A DNA stretch of 64,000 nt from Scyliorhinus canicula (GCF_902713615.1 NC_052156.1:126604407-126668406); one strand, 5' to 3'; shown: positions 50,633 through 62,066, counted from the stretch's first letter. Notes: generated by a model from the letters alone, not told the origin. Numbers and translations are program-made.

Positions 50633-52077
50633 AGTAAGAAGTCTTACAACACCAGGTTAAATTCCAACAGGTTTGTTTCGAATCACTAGCTTTCAGAGCA
50701 CAGCTCCTTCCTCAGGTGAATGAAGAGGTGGGCTCCAGAAACATATATATAGACAAAGTCAATGATGCAATACGATGCTTTGAATGCAAGTCATTGCAGG
50801 TAATTAAGTCTCCAGACAGGTCCAGACGGAGCAACTGGAGAGCGAGATAATCACAGGTTAAAGAGGTGTGAATTGTCTCAAGCCACGACAGTTGGTAGGA
50901 TTTCACAAGCCCAGGCCAGATGGTGGGGGGGTGAATGTAATGCGACATGAATCCAAGGTCCCGTTGAGGCCGTACTCATGTGTGCGGAACTTGGCTATAA
51001 GTTTCCGCTCGGCGATTCTGCGTTGTCGCGCATCCTGAAGGCCGCCTACCCAAAGATCAAAGGCTGAATGCCCTTGAATGCTGAAGTGTTCCCTGACTGG
51101 AAGGGAACATTCCTGCCTGGTGATTGCCGCACGATGTCCGTTCATTCGTTGTCGCAGCGTCTGCATGGTCTCGCAATGTACCACGCTTCGGGGCATCTTT
51201 TTTTTGCAGCGTATGAGGTAGACAACGTTGGCCAAGTTGCACGAGTATGTACCACGTACCTGGTGGATGGTGTTCTCATGTGTAATGGTGGTCCCCATGT
51301 CGATGATCTGGCACATCCTGCAGATATTTCCATGGCAGGGTTGTGTGGTGTCGTGGTCACTGTTCTGAAGGCTGGTAGTTTGCTGCAAACAATGGTTTGT
51401 TTGAAGTTGCACGTTTGCTTGAAGGCAAGCAGTCAGGGTGTGGGGATGACCTAGGCACGATGTTCGTCTTCATCGATGATGTGTTGAAGGCTGTGAAGAA
51501 GATGTCATAGTTTCTCCGCTCCGGGGAAGTACCGGATGTCGAAGGGTACTCTGTCGGTTGTGTCCCGTGTTTGTCTTCTGAGAAGGTTGATGTGTTTTTT
51601 TGCTGTGACACGTTGGAACTGTCGATCGATGAGTCGAGTGCCATTCGTACAAGGGCATCTTTCAGCATCTGTAAATGTCTGTTAATCTCCTCCTCATCTG
51701 AGCAGATCCTGTGTATACGGAGGGCTTCTCCATAGGGGATAGCTTCCTTAATGTGATTAGGGTGGAAGCTGGAGAAGTGGTGCATCGTGAGGTTATCTGT
51801 GGGCCTGCGGTAAAGCGAAGTGCTGAGGCAACCGTCCTTGATGGAGATGAGTATGTCCAAGAATGCAACCGATTTTGAAGAGTAGTCCATGATGAGTCTG
51901 ATGGTGGGATGGAACTTATTGATGTCAATGTGTAGCCGTTTCAGTGATTCTTCACCGTGGGTCTAAAGGAAGAAAATGTCATTGATGTATCTGGTGTATT
52001 GCATCTTTGACTTTGTCTATATATATGTTTCTGGAACCCACCTCTTCATTCACCTGAGGAAGGAACAGTGCTCCGAA
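50633..52077 (-). mobile_element. 5'-truncated Penelope-like element (RT C-half plus GIY-YIG endonuclease) with an inverted partial pLTR
   Basis: YTRYIND-like RT motif at ~51980-51998, then VAFLDILISI and STSLYRRPTD. GIY-YIG region CNLANVVYLIRC..ETMQTLRQRMNGH..GLN. 51996-52077 is an inverted copy of 50692-50773. Confidence 0.92.
50683..50719 (-). ncRNA. Minimal type I hammerhead-ribozyme-like motif in the Penelope pLTR
   Basis: Minus strand reads UCAC-CUGAGGA-A-GGAGC(UGU)GCUCU-GAAA-GC-UA-GUGA. This gives the core boxes, stems I and II, and a palindromic AGCU stem III. Such motifs are known in Penelope-like elements. Confidence 0.7.
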
Positions 52078-53892
52078 GGACACGCCGAGCTAGGCGGCAA
52101 CAGTATGTAAATAAAGTAAAGTAGGATGGAGCCTTTTTCCTACACTGTATAATAAATGAAAATGAATGGCAAATGTACATAATTTTGAAAAATGTCAATG
52201 AAAATATATATTTTTTAATGATTGATCCAACCACTTACTTGGTTACAGATAAAGGGCTAATTGAATCATGTTATGACTGTTGGAGATTCCTTGGTGAATA
52301 GATAATTATGAGGGGTTCCATTCAGTCCAAGCTGCGCAGGTCAGGTGACATCTTATTGGGATAATGATGTAATTAAATTGGAGGAGCCAGGGCTGTCTGT
52401 AGTTTTGCAGTTTTCCATAGTATTAGAGTCTGACAAGACAGAATGATTTTAAGCTGAGCAGCAGCTTTTCGAAATGCTGCTAGGTTGAGCAGAAGTGTTC
52501 TGGTTCTGCTCCTGAACGGGTCTCTCTCTCCAAATGTCTTTACACAACTAAGCAAGTAATTGGTTTGTTAACTGTGGCATTGGAACTGTATTGGGGTGCT
52601 TAATTGGGGATAGTAGCATGCATAGATAGTAAGTTTAAGTCTTTCCTTGGGTTTAAGAATTGTTTAACTGATAATTGCAAAGCTATTTCTTTGATGTTAA
52701 TGTGGTTAATTCTATGTTTGAATTAAACTTTGATTTAACATAGAAAGTTACCTATTGGTCAGAGCCATCACTCCTGGGATGAAGTACCCTTTCCTCACAG
52801 TTTAACAAATTAAAAAATATTATTAGGGATTCTTGTCCAGTATCCAAACAAATGTTGGGGTCTGGTCCAGGATCTTAAGAGTGCTGCTCCAACACCACCC
52901 AAGTAGCTTGACACCATCCAATACAAAGCAGCCTACTTGATTGCTATGCACTGCAGGAAGATTCCTTAAGCAGCACTTTCTAAAGCCACGACCACTACCA
53001 TCTAGAACTGTGTTTTTCAAACTTTTTTTCCCAGGACCCACTTTTGCCAACCAGCCGACCTGCGCAACCCATGCCGGCCGACCTGGTGCCATAACTCTCT
53101 CTCACACACATTACCAGACACACAAACTGTGTAGTAACTCTCTCTGACACACCTATTCCATCAATTCCAAACCCACTTGTGCTGGAACCAGTGCATGGGC
53201 TCCATACAATTACCAGACCTCAATCTTTGTCTGTAAATCAGCTCAATACAGACTACGAAAATAATAATAACAAAGGGATTTCATTTATCATTGCAAGTGG
53301 ATAGAAATTTCAATTTCAAACTCTGAGCTGATTTTCTGTCAAATTCATGTACATTTCGTTTTTAGAAATGTGGTAACTGAGGTCAGTTTTATAATGTGGA
53401 GAGATGTGCACGTACACAAGGGAAGGGATTATATCACCATTCCGAAATACACTAGTCACCAGCATACTCATTGGCAACCAGGTCTCACTGGTAACCGACA
53501 AGATCATCCTAAAAATGACACAGACCCCACTACCATTTACAGAATCAGCATTTGGTTCCACAAGTATCTCTAGAATACAGAGTTAGCTGGAGCTATGGGG
53601 GAGCAGATCCAAGCATCCTTGTTCCAAAACATAGTCTGGCTTGATTCTGCATCAAAATAGACCGCATTAACTGTGCCCCTTTCGCTTATGCGATGCTATT
53701 GACTCCAGAATCTGCTCACTGTAATATGCCAACTCCACCTCCTGACAAACCTGCTTGTGACTTTGACGTCTCATTGCTATTGGGAAGTGGACTGTTCCCC
53801 TCTGACCGATGTTCATCTGCGTAATCTTCTGGGACATCATAGAACCTTTCTCCACCATCATCTGTTACAGAGTCTGGACCATGCTCTTCAGT

Positions 53893-54075
53893 TGAAATGA
53901 AATGAAAATCGCTTACTGTCACAAGTAGGCTTCAATGAAGTTACTGTGAAAAGCCCCTAGTCGCTACATTCCGGCGCCTGTTCGGGGAGGCTGGTACAGG
54001 AATTGAACAGTGCTGCTCACCTGCCTTGGTCTGCTTTAAAAGCCAGCGATTTAGCCCAGTGTGCTAAACCAGCCC
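53893..54075 (-). mobile_element. Same ~190-bp tRNA-derived SINE, inserted in the hAT element
   Basis: Reverse complement of 9925-10113. Confidence 0.85.
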
Positions 54076-54118
54076 TATGCTCAACGTGATCTGCCTCCGG
54101 CATAAAATGACAGATAGG

Positions 54119-54197
54119 TTTAGTCCTTTCAATAACACTTGCTTGAGCGGTTGATTTTTAGTCCTTTCACTAACACTTGCTTGAGCGGTTGATTTTT
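54119..54197. repeat. 38-bp tandem duplication
   Basis: tttagtcctttca(a/c)taacacttgcttgagcggttgatt x2, one mismatch. Confidence 0.95.
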
Positions 54198-54765
54198 CCA
54201 GAGTCCTATTGGCTATATCTTGCTGCAGAACTTTGTCAGGTGTCTCACATTGACAACATGCTGCACAGTCCGGAGGCCCATCTGTCCCTTGCTTTAGCAA
54301 TGCCAGGAAACGGTCCTACTCTGGTTCATGCTGAATTGAGCCTTAATCACGCATCATCTTCTGAATTCCGCATGTAAAAGAACAGTAATTGCTTCACAGT
54401 GTGAAGGTTTGTTAGTGCACCTCTGCTCAGGATTAGGAGAGTGATGAGACTGAAGACTGGCCCCGGCTTGAACAGTGCGCCTCAGGACAATTTAATAAAT
54501 ATGCTGGTAGCAGACATTGGGCGCTTCTCCCAGGATCAGATCGGGAGCACTGCGATCGATCGCTCAGCAACCTTCCCGACACCCGCCCATGACCCATCTG
54601 GTCACAACCCGCACTTCTGAAAAACCCTGATCTAGACGAACAAGGGCAGCCGATATCTGGGAACACCACCACATGGAGGTTCCCCTTCAAGCCACAAACC
54701 ATCCTGACTTGGAAATTTATCACCGTACCATTGCTGGGTAAAAATGCTGGAATTCATTCCCTAAC

Positions 54766-55565
54766 TTGGTTGCATGGTGTACCGAAAATAACCTCTAAAT
54801 GGTGGCAAGACCAAGGAATTGATCATCAACTTCAGGAAGCGTAGCACGACACCTCCCCCCATCTACGTCAATGGCTCCAAAGTGAAGATGGTCAATGGTT
54901 TAAGTTCCTGGGCGTCACCATCACCAACAGTCTGCCCTGGTCCACTCACATTGATGCAACAGTCAAGAAAGCCCAACAACGTCTCTACTTCCTACGGAAG
55001 CTGAAGGAATTCGGCATGTCTGCATCTCCCCTCATAAACATCTATAGATGTGCCATAGAGAGTATCCTATCGGGCTGCATCACAGCTTGGTATGGCAACT
55101 GCTCGGCCCAAGAAACTGCAGTGTGGGGTGAACTCAGCCCAAAGTGTCTACACCTCCCGCTACCTCAGGAAGGCAGACAGCATTGTCAGAGATCCCTCCC
55201 CCCCAGTCTTTGGTCTCTTCCAGATCCTTCAATCATGCAGAAGATACAGAAGTTTGAAGACCCGCACATTCGGACATAGGAACAACTTCTTCCCCACGGC
55301 TACAAACTCCTCAACGACTCTCCCTCCAACTGTTCTGTTCCCAGCAAGAACACTATTCACTATTGCTCTTGCTCATCTATTTGCTTTATTTGACCCTTGT
55401 TCTGCACTGTAACCAATCATTATTTGTCGATGTACTATTGTCAATGTATTCTGTCAATTATTTATTCTGTCAACAATGTACATACTGGGTATGTTCCCTT
55501 GGCAGCAGAAAAATACTTTTCACTGTACTTCAGTATATGTGACAGTAAAATCAATCAATCAATAA
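54766..55565 (+). mobile_element. Rex1/Babar-type LINE 3' fragment
   Basis: KTKELIINFRK, KFLGVTI, KKAQQRLYFLRKLK and YRCAIESILSGCITAWYGNC. (TCAA)n tail. Confidence 0.8.
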
Positions 55566-56642
55566 AAGCATAGTGGGTGTACCCACATCTCAGGGACTGC
55601 TGCGGTTCAAGAAGGCAAACACCACCATCTTCTGAAGGGCAACTAGCGATGGGCAATAAATGCTGGCTCAGCCAGCAATGCCCATATCCCAGAAATGAAT
55701 AATGAAGTGACCTTTATCTGCAAAACCATCATACTGTGACCAGCAATCCAGATGATACAAATATTCAGGGACTAGATATATTTTCTGCAGCATTCCCTTT
55801 TATCACTCCCACCTGGGATCATGCCTAATTCTGGAGTCTAGCTCACTGTGATTTTAGTTATTTTTAAGTTTGTTGTGTTTCCTAGTTCATTGTCATCTCA
55901 GGATTCTTTCCCATTGAGGAAGGGATATCCTGATCCTTGGTCTACAAAAGGCAGGGTATATGCTGTGGGGCCGGAATGCCAGGCAGACTGCAGCCAAATC
56001 GGTGAGGGAAGATGGTGCACATTTGTGTCCTGCATACTCCTGTCCACGGCCCCACACCTTCCATATGCTGCAGCTGTTTGATGTGCAGGGAGCAGACGGA
56101 GGCTTAGCAGCCCATCAGTACCTGGTGTGCTGGTAGAATATGGTTGCCAACTCAGGTTGGAGGCATACCTGGAGATTTGATCACATGATGTTCAGCACAT
56201 GACATTAGACCATGTGACATTAAATTGAATGACATCTGCAAATACTACTGAATTTATCTTACAATAGTTGGTTCCTATACAATTGAGAAGCTTTAATGGT
56301 TCTGCTCCAACACTTGTGCAAGGCGGCTCAGGAACCAGGAATCCACCAAGAGAAGATGAAGGATATGGAAATTAAGAAACCATTCTCTCCATCCCCTGAA
56401 ACCTCATTAGCCAGTCTCCCTTACCCTCCACCACTCCTTGAACCACCACAGACCTGGTCTCCCGCTCTCCTCAACCTCCAAGCACACACGAATTCAAGGG
56501 TCCCAATTCCAGGGTCCTTCACCTAACCCATCACCACGAGCTTCCACTGGACTGGCAGGTCCAGTTTTTGTGCAAAGAAGTTCTCTTTAGTCAATGTTAG
56601 TGACAGAAAAGAAATAGAAGAGAAACTCTCTTGTCCGTCTAA

Positions 56643-56972
56643 TGAGTGGTACAGTGATTAGCATTGCTGCCTCACAGCGTCAGGGACCCACATTCAATTC
56701 CGGCCTTGGGTGGCTGTGTGAAGTTTGCGGAGTTGGCACGTTCTCCCCTTTTCTGCGCGGGTTTCCTCCAGGGACTCCGGTTTCCTCCCACCGTCCAAAG
56801 ATGTGCAAGTTAGGTAGATTGGCCATTCTAAATTTCCCTTTAGCGTCTAAAAGGTTAGATGGGGTTACTGGGATAGAGTAGGGGAGTGGGTGTAGGTAGG
56901 GTGCTGTTTCGGAATGTCAGTGCAGACTCGATGGGCTGAATGGTCTCTTTCTGACTGTAGTGCTTCTATGAT
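56643..56972 (+). mobile_element. V-SINE (long type, diverged)
   Basis: Head, core and tail motifs. Confidence 0.85.
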
Positions 56973-57284
56973 CCCTGTGCTAAAACTGTGCAGCCATTTG
57001 GTCTCAGCAACAGAATAGTTTCATTGCCAATATACATACTGGGTAAAAAGATCTCCACCGCACCAAAATAGTTTTTCACTTGTCACCACGGACATACTTT
57101 GTGTGTCCAGCGTTTAAGTTGTGAATGTTGGAGGCCGTCTGTAGTTTGGAATTTGCATGTGACCATTGTTTGAACGTACAGCTTGTGTCAGTTATCAGAT
57201 TGCACTAGTGTTCCAATTTTTGCAGGGTATTTAGTAATGCAGATTTCACTGTATTGCTAAATTTATTTTTATTTTAACACTTAC

Positions 57285-57342
57285 CTTCCAGTGACTCTAT
57301 GCCAGTAGCTTGAGCAAGAAGATTTTCATGTCTTGCAACAAC
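57285..57342 (-). CDS. COG5: COG5 coding exon 3 (VVARHENLLAQATGIESLE)
   Basis: Hand translation. Acceptor tttttcag, donor AG|GTAAGT. 58 nt. Confidence 0.96.
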
Positions 57343-58107
57343 CTGAAAAACGTATTGGTTTTATATGTTTATTAACATGATATCTTATGCAATAGGCATT
57401 TTATATTATGTTAAACCTAAATCTAATTTAACAATCTAATTCATAAGGATCATCTCTGGACAAAAACTAAAGTGATGCAATAGTCTTCTTACGGAATTGT
57501 GTTTCAAGGCACATCATTGGTATATTTGACTTTGTTTATCTAGTTAAGTAGACTTCTCTTTCATGTTGGAATTGAGCACCAGAAGTTGAAAAGTAGTCTT
57601 TCCCAAACACTAAAATGCATATTGATTAGATAAAAATCCACCAAAATATTTTTAAATATACGAATTCCAGATTTCACTAGAAATTTCCATTTAGAAATTC
57701 CTTGAGCAAGAGGAAAGGAATAAATAAAGATTGCCTCATCTCAAGAACCAGAGTCAGCCCTGAAGAAAGGATTCAAAATCATGTTTCTTAAGGGGGCAGT
57801 GTACAGTTTGGTTAAATTACTTCTTTGGTACCTGGAATCTAGTCCAAACTCCTGCAATTTACTTTCCCTCTTAAAAAGAACAAGTAGCAGGAATAGAACA
57901 GTTCATTTTTCCCAACAAAATAGGTCATTTGGCAGGAACGTGAGCAGCAATATCAATACTCTGTTGCAGAAATAAACTCCTGCAACAGAAACACAATCCT
58001 TCTTATTCAAACAAGATAAAATTTCTAGGGGAATTCATAAGTCCCTTGCTTGCTACATAAAACTCTCAGATCTGGCAGCCAGATAATAGCAAAACACAAT
58101 TTGTTAC

Positions 58108-58247
58108 CTGTATATGAAGTTCTTTATCCAGTTGACTAATTCCTTGAGCAAGTTTTGCCAATTGTTCAACTATTACTGCTTGATGAATGGATTGTGCAGT
58201 ATAGGTCTTTACATCAAATTCTTCTTTCAAGAAGTCTATATAGCATT
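58108..58247 (-). CDS. COG5: COG5 coding exon 2 ([47 protein letters not shown])
   Basis: Hand translation matches COG5. Acceptor tttttcag, donor CAG|GTAAC. 140 nt. Confidence 0.96.
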
Positions 58248-59180
58248 CTGAAAAAGATTAAGACTGTTCTGTGAATATTTCTCTGAAATCACAAATATAA
58301 AATGTGATATTGAAGAAAAGCAAGTAAATTTGAATCAAATGTTTTATCTACAAATTTCTTCTTTACCACTCATATAAATCCATATTAAATCAATGACATC
58401 CTAAATACAAGGGAACATCTGATGATGTGCACACAGCCCTGTACTTACTGAGTTGTGATTTTTTTAAAAAATATTGTTCCTGTACAGTTCATATCCTAGA
58501 CTAACTCTATGTCAACTTGATACTTCACAGATACAATTTGATCTGTAAAACTCAAAAGACAATCACATAACAAAGTGGAGCAAGAAGAAAGGGAAATTGT
58601 GCAAAAAAACATTACAAGGTCACAGACACAAGAGAAATACCATCTCAAACTAATACTAATCAGCTATATTTTTATATCATGAATGTCACCCATTTGACTG
58701 GGCATCTTCCTTTATCGATATCAATTATTTCCACTTGTACTACAAAATACAGAATTATTTATTCCTTTAGTAGCCAGTGAGAAATACTGTTTTTAAAATT
58801 TGACTTACAAGTAACCAAAAATATCTCCATATACGAAAGAGATACAATTTATTAGTATTGAAATTAATATTAGACATTACAAGTTTATTTCTTCATTAAT
58901 CATTTGTCTAAATGACAAACAACAAACACCGTATTTGTTTCCACACATTACACAGCATATAAAATACAAATTAACATTTTGTCAATTATGTTTCCAGTAT
59001 TAATAACTATTTTCATGAAGAAATGCTTCCTGATGTTACAGTAGTCCTGAATATTTAAAGCTTGAAGATTCAGGCATTTGTTAGCCTTTCCTCTAAATTT
59101 GTCTTTTCACAGCAAAGGTCAGCATCCTTTTACTGTATTACTTGCAGTGCATTCTATGTATTTCACAAACACAACACTCA

Positions 59181-59523
59181 AGGGCAGCAGGGTAGCATGG
59201 TGGTTAGCATAAATGCTTCACAGCTCCAGGGTCCCAGGTTCGATTCCCGGCTGGGTCACTGTCTGTATGGAGTCTGCACGTCCTCCCCCTGTGTGCGTGG
59301 GTTTCCTCCGGGTGCTCCGGTTTCCTTCCACAGTCCAAAGATGTGCGGGTTAGGTGGATTGGCCATGCTAAATTGCCCGTAGTGTCCTAATAAAAGTAAG
59401 GTTAAGGAGGGGCTTGTTGGGTTACGGGTATAGGGTGGATATGTGGGTTTGAGTAGGGTGATCATGGCTCGGCACAACATTGAGGGCCGAAGGGCCTGTT
59501 CTGTGCTGTACTGTTCTATGTTC
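59181..59523 (+). mobile_element. V-SINE whose tail matches the CR1 at 43234
   Basis: Tail ggcacaacattgagggccgaagggcctgttctgtgctgta. Confidence 0.9.
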
Positions 59524-61012
59524 AAGTGCAACTAACAGCTTCAGCATGATTTTGAGTTCAATTTGAATTCCCAAAATTTGGTATTATGACTTTTTTTTGT
59601 TATTCTAGAAATGTTAAATGTTGAATCCACTGATATGTAACTCATTTGATTTTTTCCCCTGAATGGTATGTTAGAGAAATTCACCATTGTCTAATGATCT
59701 CCTATAACAGTGCTCACAGATGGGAGATTTCAGATTTTTAATGTAGACGCAGCTTAAAATAGTAAATTTGCCAATATTACAACACGTAGTAAAACATTCC
59801 TGACAGTACAGACATAAGCTTCAAACATTTATTATAATGTCATTCTACCATATGTTTAAAAACCCTTAAAAAAATAAACCTTAAAAAAAGCAAAATACTG
59901 ATGATATTGGAATCTGAATCAAGAACACCCTCTCATTCTGTTGTAAGCAATCCAATGGCGATGTGCTGAAGACGTACAGGTCGTGGGGTTATCACCCCGA
60001 GCACTGGCTGATATTTATTCAGGAATTGCAGCTTGAATAGGATATTTTAATTATTTTCAGCTTTTACTGGGAGAAGAGTGATGTGTGGCCTTCTAGGTCA
60101 GGATCATATGGCACCTAATTTCTGTTCCCTCCAGATTTAGTTTTTATTTCTGAAGAGGGGCTGGAAGAATTAACTTTAACAGGCAACACTGTGAAGCAAG
60201 GTAAAGCAACAACTCCCATGATTCACCTCTCCCAACACAGACCTTGATCAGCGATGTTTGGAAATCCTCCAAATAGAAACATAGGCCTATATAAAGGAAA
60301 ATCATTTGCTAGCATTTATATTATTAATGACCAAGACTACAAGTGAATGCAACAAAGCAGGCACAATTATCTAACTTCCTTAAATGCTGATCACAAAAAA
60401 AATAACTACGCTGATCAGCTTAAAACGATGACCAAAAGCACGGATGACATTAAGCAACTACCAAATCAGTACTTGATCTCCAGGAAGCTAGGTTTGGACA
60501 AGATTTCGACAGTTTAATAAGGGCGATTTGGTGGGTCTTTTTATTTGTTAGTGCCTTTGAAGGTTTTGCCATCGGTGCAGTCAGTGACTGGGAACAGATT
60601 TCTGGGATAAATTCAGCCAAGCAGAACGATCAACTAACTCAGTGGTGGTTATTTGAACCAATGAATGCCTGGCCTTGTGTCCACGGTGCCATTATGAATA
60701 AAGATTGGGTTGCAAAACTTTTCATTATAAGGGAGGGGGGGGGTCTTTTACAATAAACTTCGGTAAACCCACTCGGTTAATGCAAAATCAGTTCTATTTA
60801 TTTGCACTCTTCCGCTCTCCCAATCTTTAATAATTCACACCGTGCACAGCAAAGTATGGTCACAAACATAATCAAAAACACTGGAGCTTGTGGAAAATAG
60901 AGCAAAGGGAAGGGGGGGGCATACTCTTTGACAGGTTCATATGTTGGAATACATCCTCCCCCCCGGCAGCGTGTTTTGTTCGGTGTGGGGTGTAAGCCGC
61001 CCTCCCCCTTAC

Positions 61013-61070
61013 CATCCAGGAGTAGTTCCTTCACCGAGTCTTGCACCGGGACACCTCCACTTCCTTCCAT
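61013..61070 (-). CDS. COG5: COG5 coding exon 1 (MEGSGGVPVQDSVKELLLD)
   Basis: Kozak gccaacATGg at 61070. Resembles human MEGGGG...VRELLQD. Donor G|GTAAG at 61012. 58 nt, phase 1. Confidence 0.9.
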
Positions 61071-61560
61071 GTTGGCGGTTGGTGACGCTCCGCTCGTTCG
61101 TTTGCGCGCGCACGCGCGCGGCCTCCTGGTCTGACGAATATGCAACTGAGCGGCATTCCGCCGCGACAGGGTTAACTGTTGGGAGCTTGGGCAGGAGGTG
61201 GGGGGGGGGGCAAACAATAGAGTTCATGGCGCCGTCAGCCAATCACTGGGGGGGGGAAACAATGGCGCTTGTGGTACCGCCAGCCAATCACTGGGACGGG
61301 GGGCGCGGGGAGGGCACCGTCAACCAATCACTGGGACGGGGGTGCGGGGAGGGCACCGTCAACAAATCACTGGAACGGCGGGGAGGGCACCGTCAACCAA
61401 TCACTAGGGACTTAACGTGGGCTCGCGGCACAGCCAGCCAGTCACTGGGGACGTAGCCGGGACTCGCGCGGTGCCGATGGCCAATCACTGGCGACTGGGC
61501 ACCTGACTTGGAGTGAGGCCTGCCCTGTCCTGACCGGGGGGTCGGGGGTCGCAGGTGAGA
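61071..61560. promoter_or_regulatory. CpG-rich bidirectional COG5/DUS4L promoter with CCAAT-box array; candidate DUS4L non-coding exon donor CAG|GTGAG at 61554/61555
   Basis: Abrupt CpG enrichment. CCAATCA at 61239, 61284, 61324, 61397 and 61481, with variants at 61363 and 61438. GC-box-like GGGGCGCGGGG, ATGGCG (YY1-like) and GCGCGCGCACGCGCGC (NRF1-like). Lies between divergent ATGs 623 bp apart. Confidence 0.85.
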
Positions 61561-61692
61561 GCCCAGCCGTGAGAGAACGATCTCCAGACGAGGGTTATAA
61601 GTCATAACGGCAGATGATTTTTATTTCCACCCGCCACCCCGAGTCGTCCTACCCAGTCGGTGATCGTGTGCTGTGCGGAGCGAGGAATTTCC

Positions 61693-61802
61693 ATGAACTG
61701 TGAATACCCGCCCGCTGGACCCTGGCAACAAGGATGCCTCGTGGATCTGTTTCAGCCGGGCCATGTTGTCAAAATTTGCGCTCCCATGGTGCGATATTCA
61801 AA
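61693..61802 (+). CDS. DUS4L: tRNA-dihydrouridine synthase 4-like, first coding exon (MNCEYPPAGPWQQGCLVDLFQPGHVVKICAPMVRYSK)
   Basis: DUS N-terminal motif KICAPMVRYSK. Donor AA|GTGAG. Head-to-head with COG5, as in human. Confidence 0.9.
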
Positions 61803-61944
61803 GTGAGCAGCTACTGCCCCAACAACCGTGACATGGCAGCTGTGCCTCACCACCGTTGTTGCGCGGGGTTTTTTCTCTCTCAAATACAGTATCTGTGTGG
61901 TTTTTTTTTAAGTACTCAAGAATATTTGTGACATTCTTCTTCAG

Positions 61945-62066
61945 GTTGGCATTTCGATCGCTAGTCAGAAAGTACGATTGTGAACTGTGTTTTACCCCTA
62001 TGATCATCGCTTCTGCCTTCCTGAGATCCGGCAAGGCCAGAGACAACGAATTCACCACAAATTATG
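61945..62066 (+). CDS. DUS4L: DUS4L second coding exon (LAFRSLVRKYDCELCFTPMIIASAFLRSGKARDNEFTTNY)
   Basis: Within ORF 61856..62083. Acceptor ttcttcag, donor G|GTAAC. 122 nt, in phase. Confidence 0.95.

Larger units (their letters stand above)
50445..52878. mobile_element. Second solo-LTR-like insertion, containing the Penelope element
   Basis: Starts TGTGATG and is non-coding. The host LINE resumes at 52879 (gcctggat..|gagtgctgctccaac). The TSD is degenerate. Confidence 0.55.
53008..54629. mobile_element. Non-autonomous hAT (Charlie-like) DNA transposon, 1.6 kb
   Basis: TIRs ctgtgtttttca / tgaaaaaccctg. 8-bp TSD atctagaa (53000-53007) / atctagac (54630-54637), matching the NTCTAGAN hAT-Charlie target. 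Confidence 0.85.

Noticed and set aside
60798-61012. ORF continuing past COG5 exon 1
   Set aside because: Read-through into intron 1 beyond the G|GTAAG donor; exon 2 continues the conserved protein.
61230-61492. Repeat-spacer pattern resembling a CRISPR array
   Set aside because: Vertebrate promoter context. The repeats are CCAAT boxes, the spacers are homologous to each other, and there are no cas genes.
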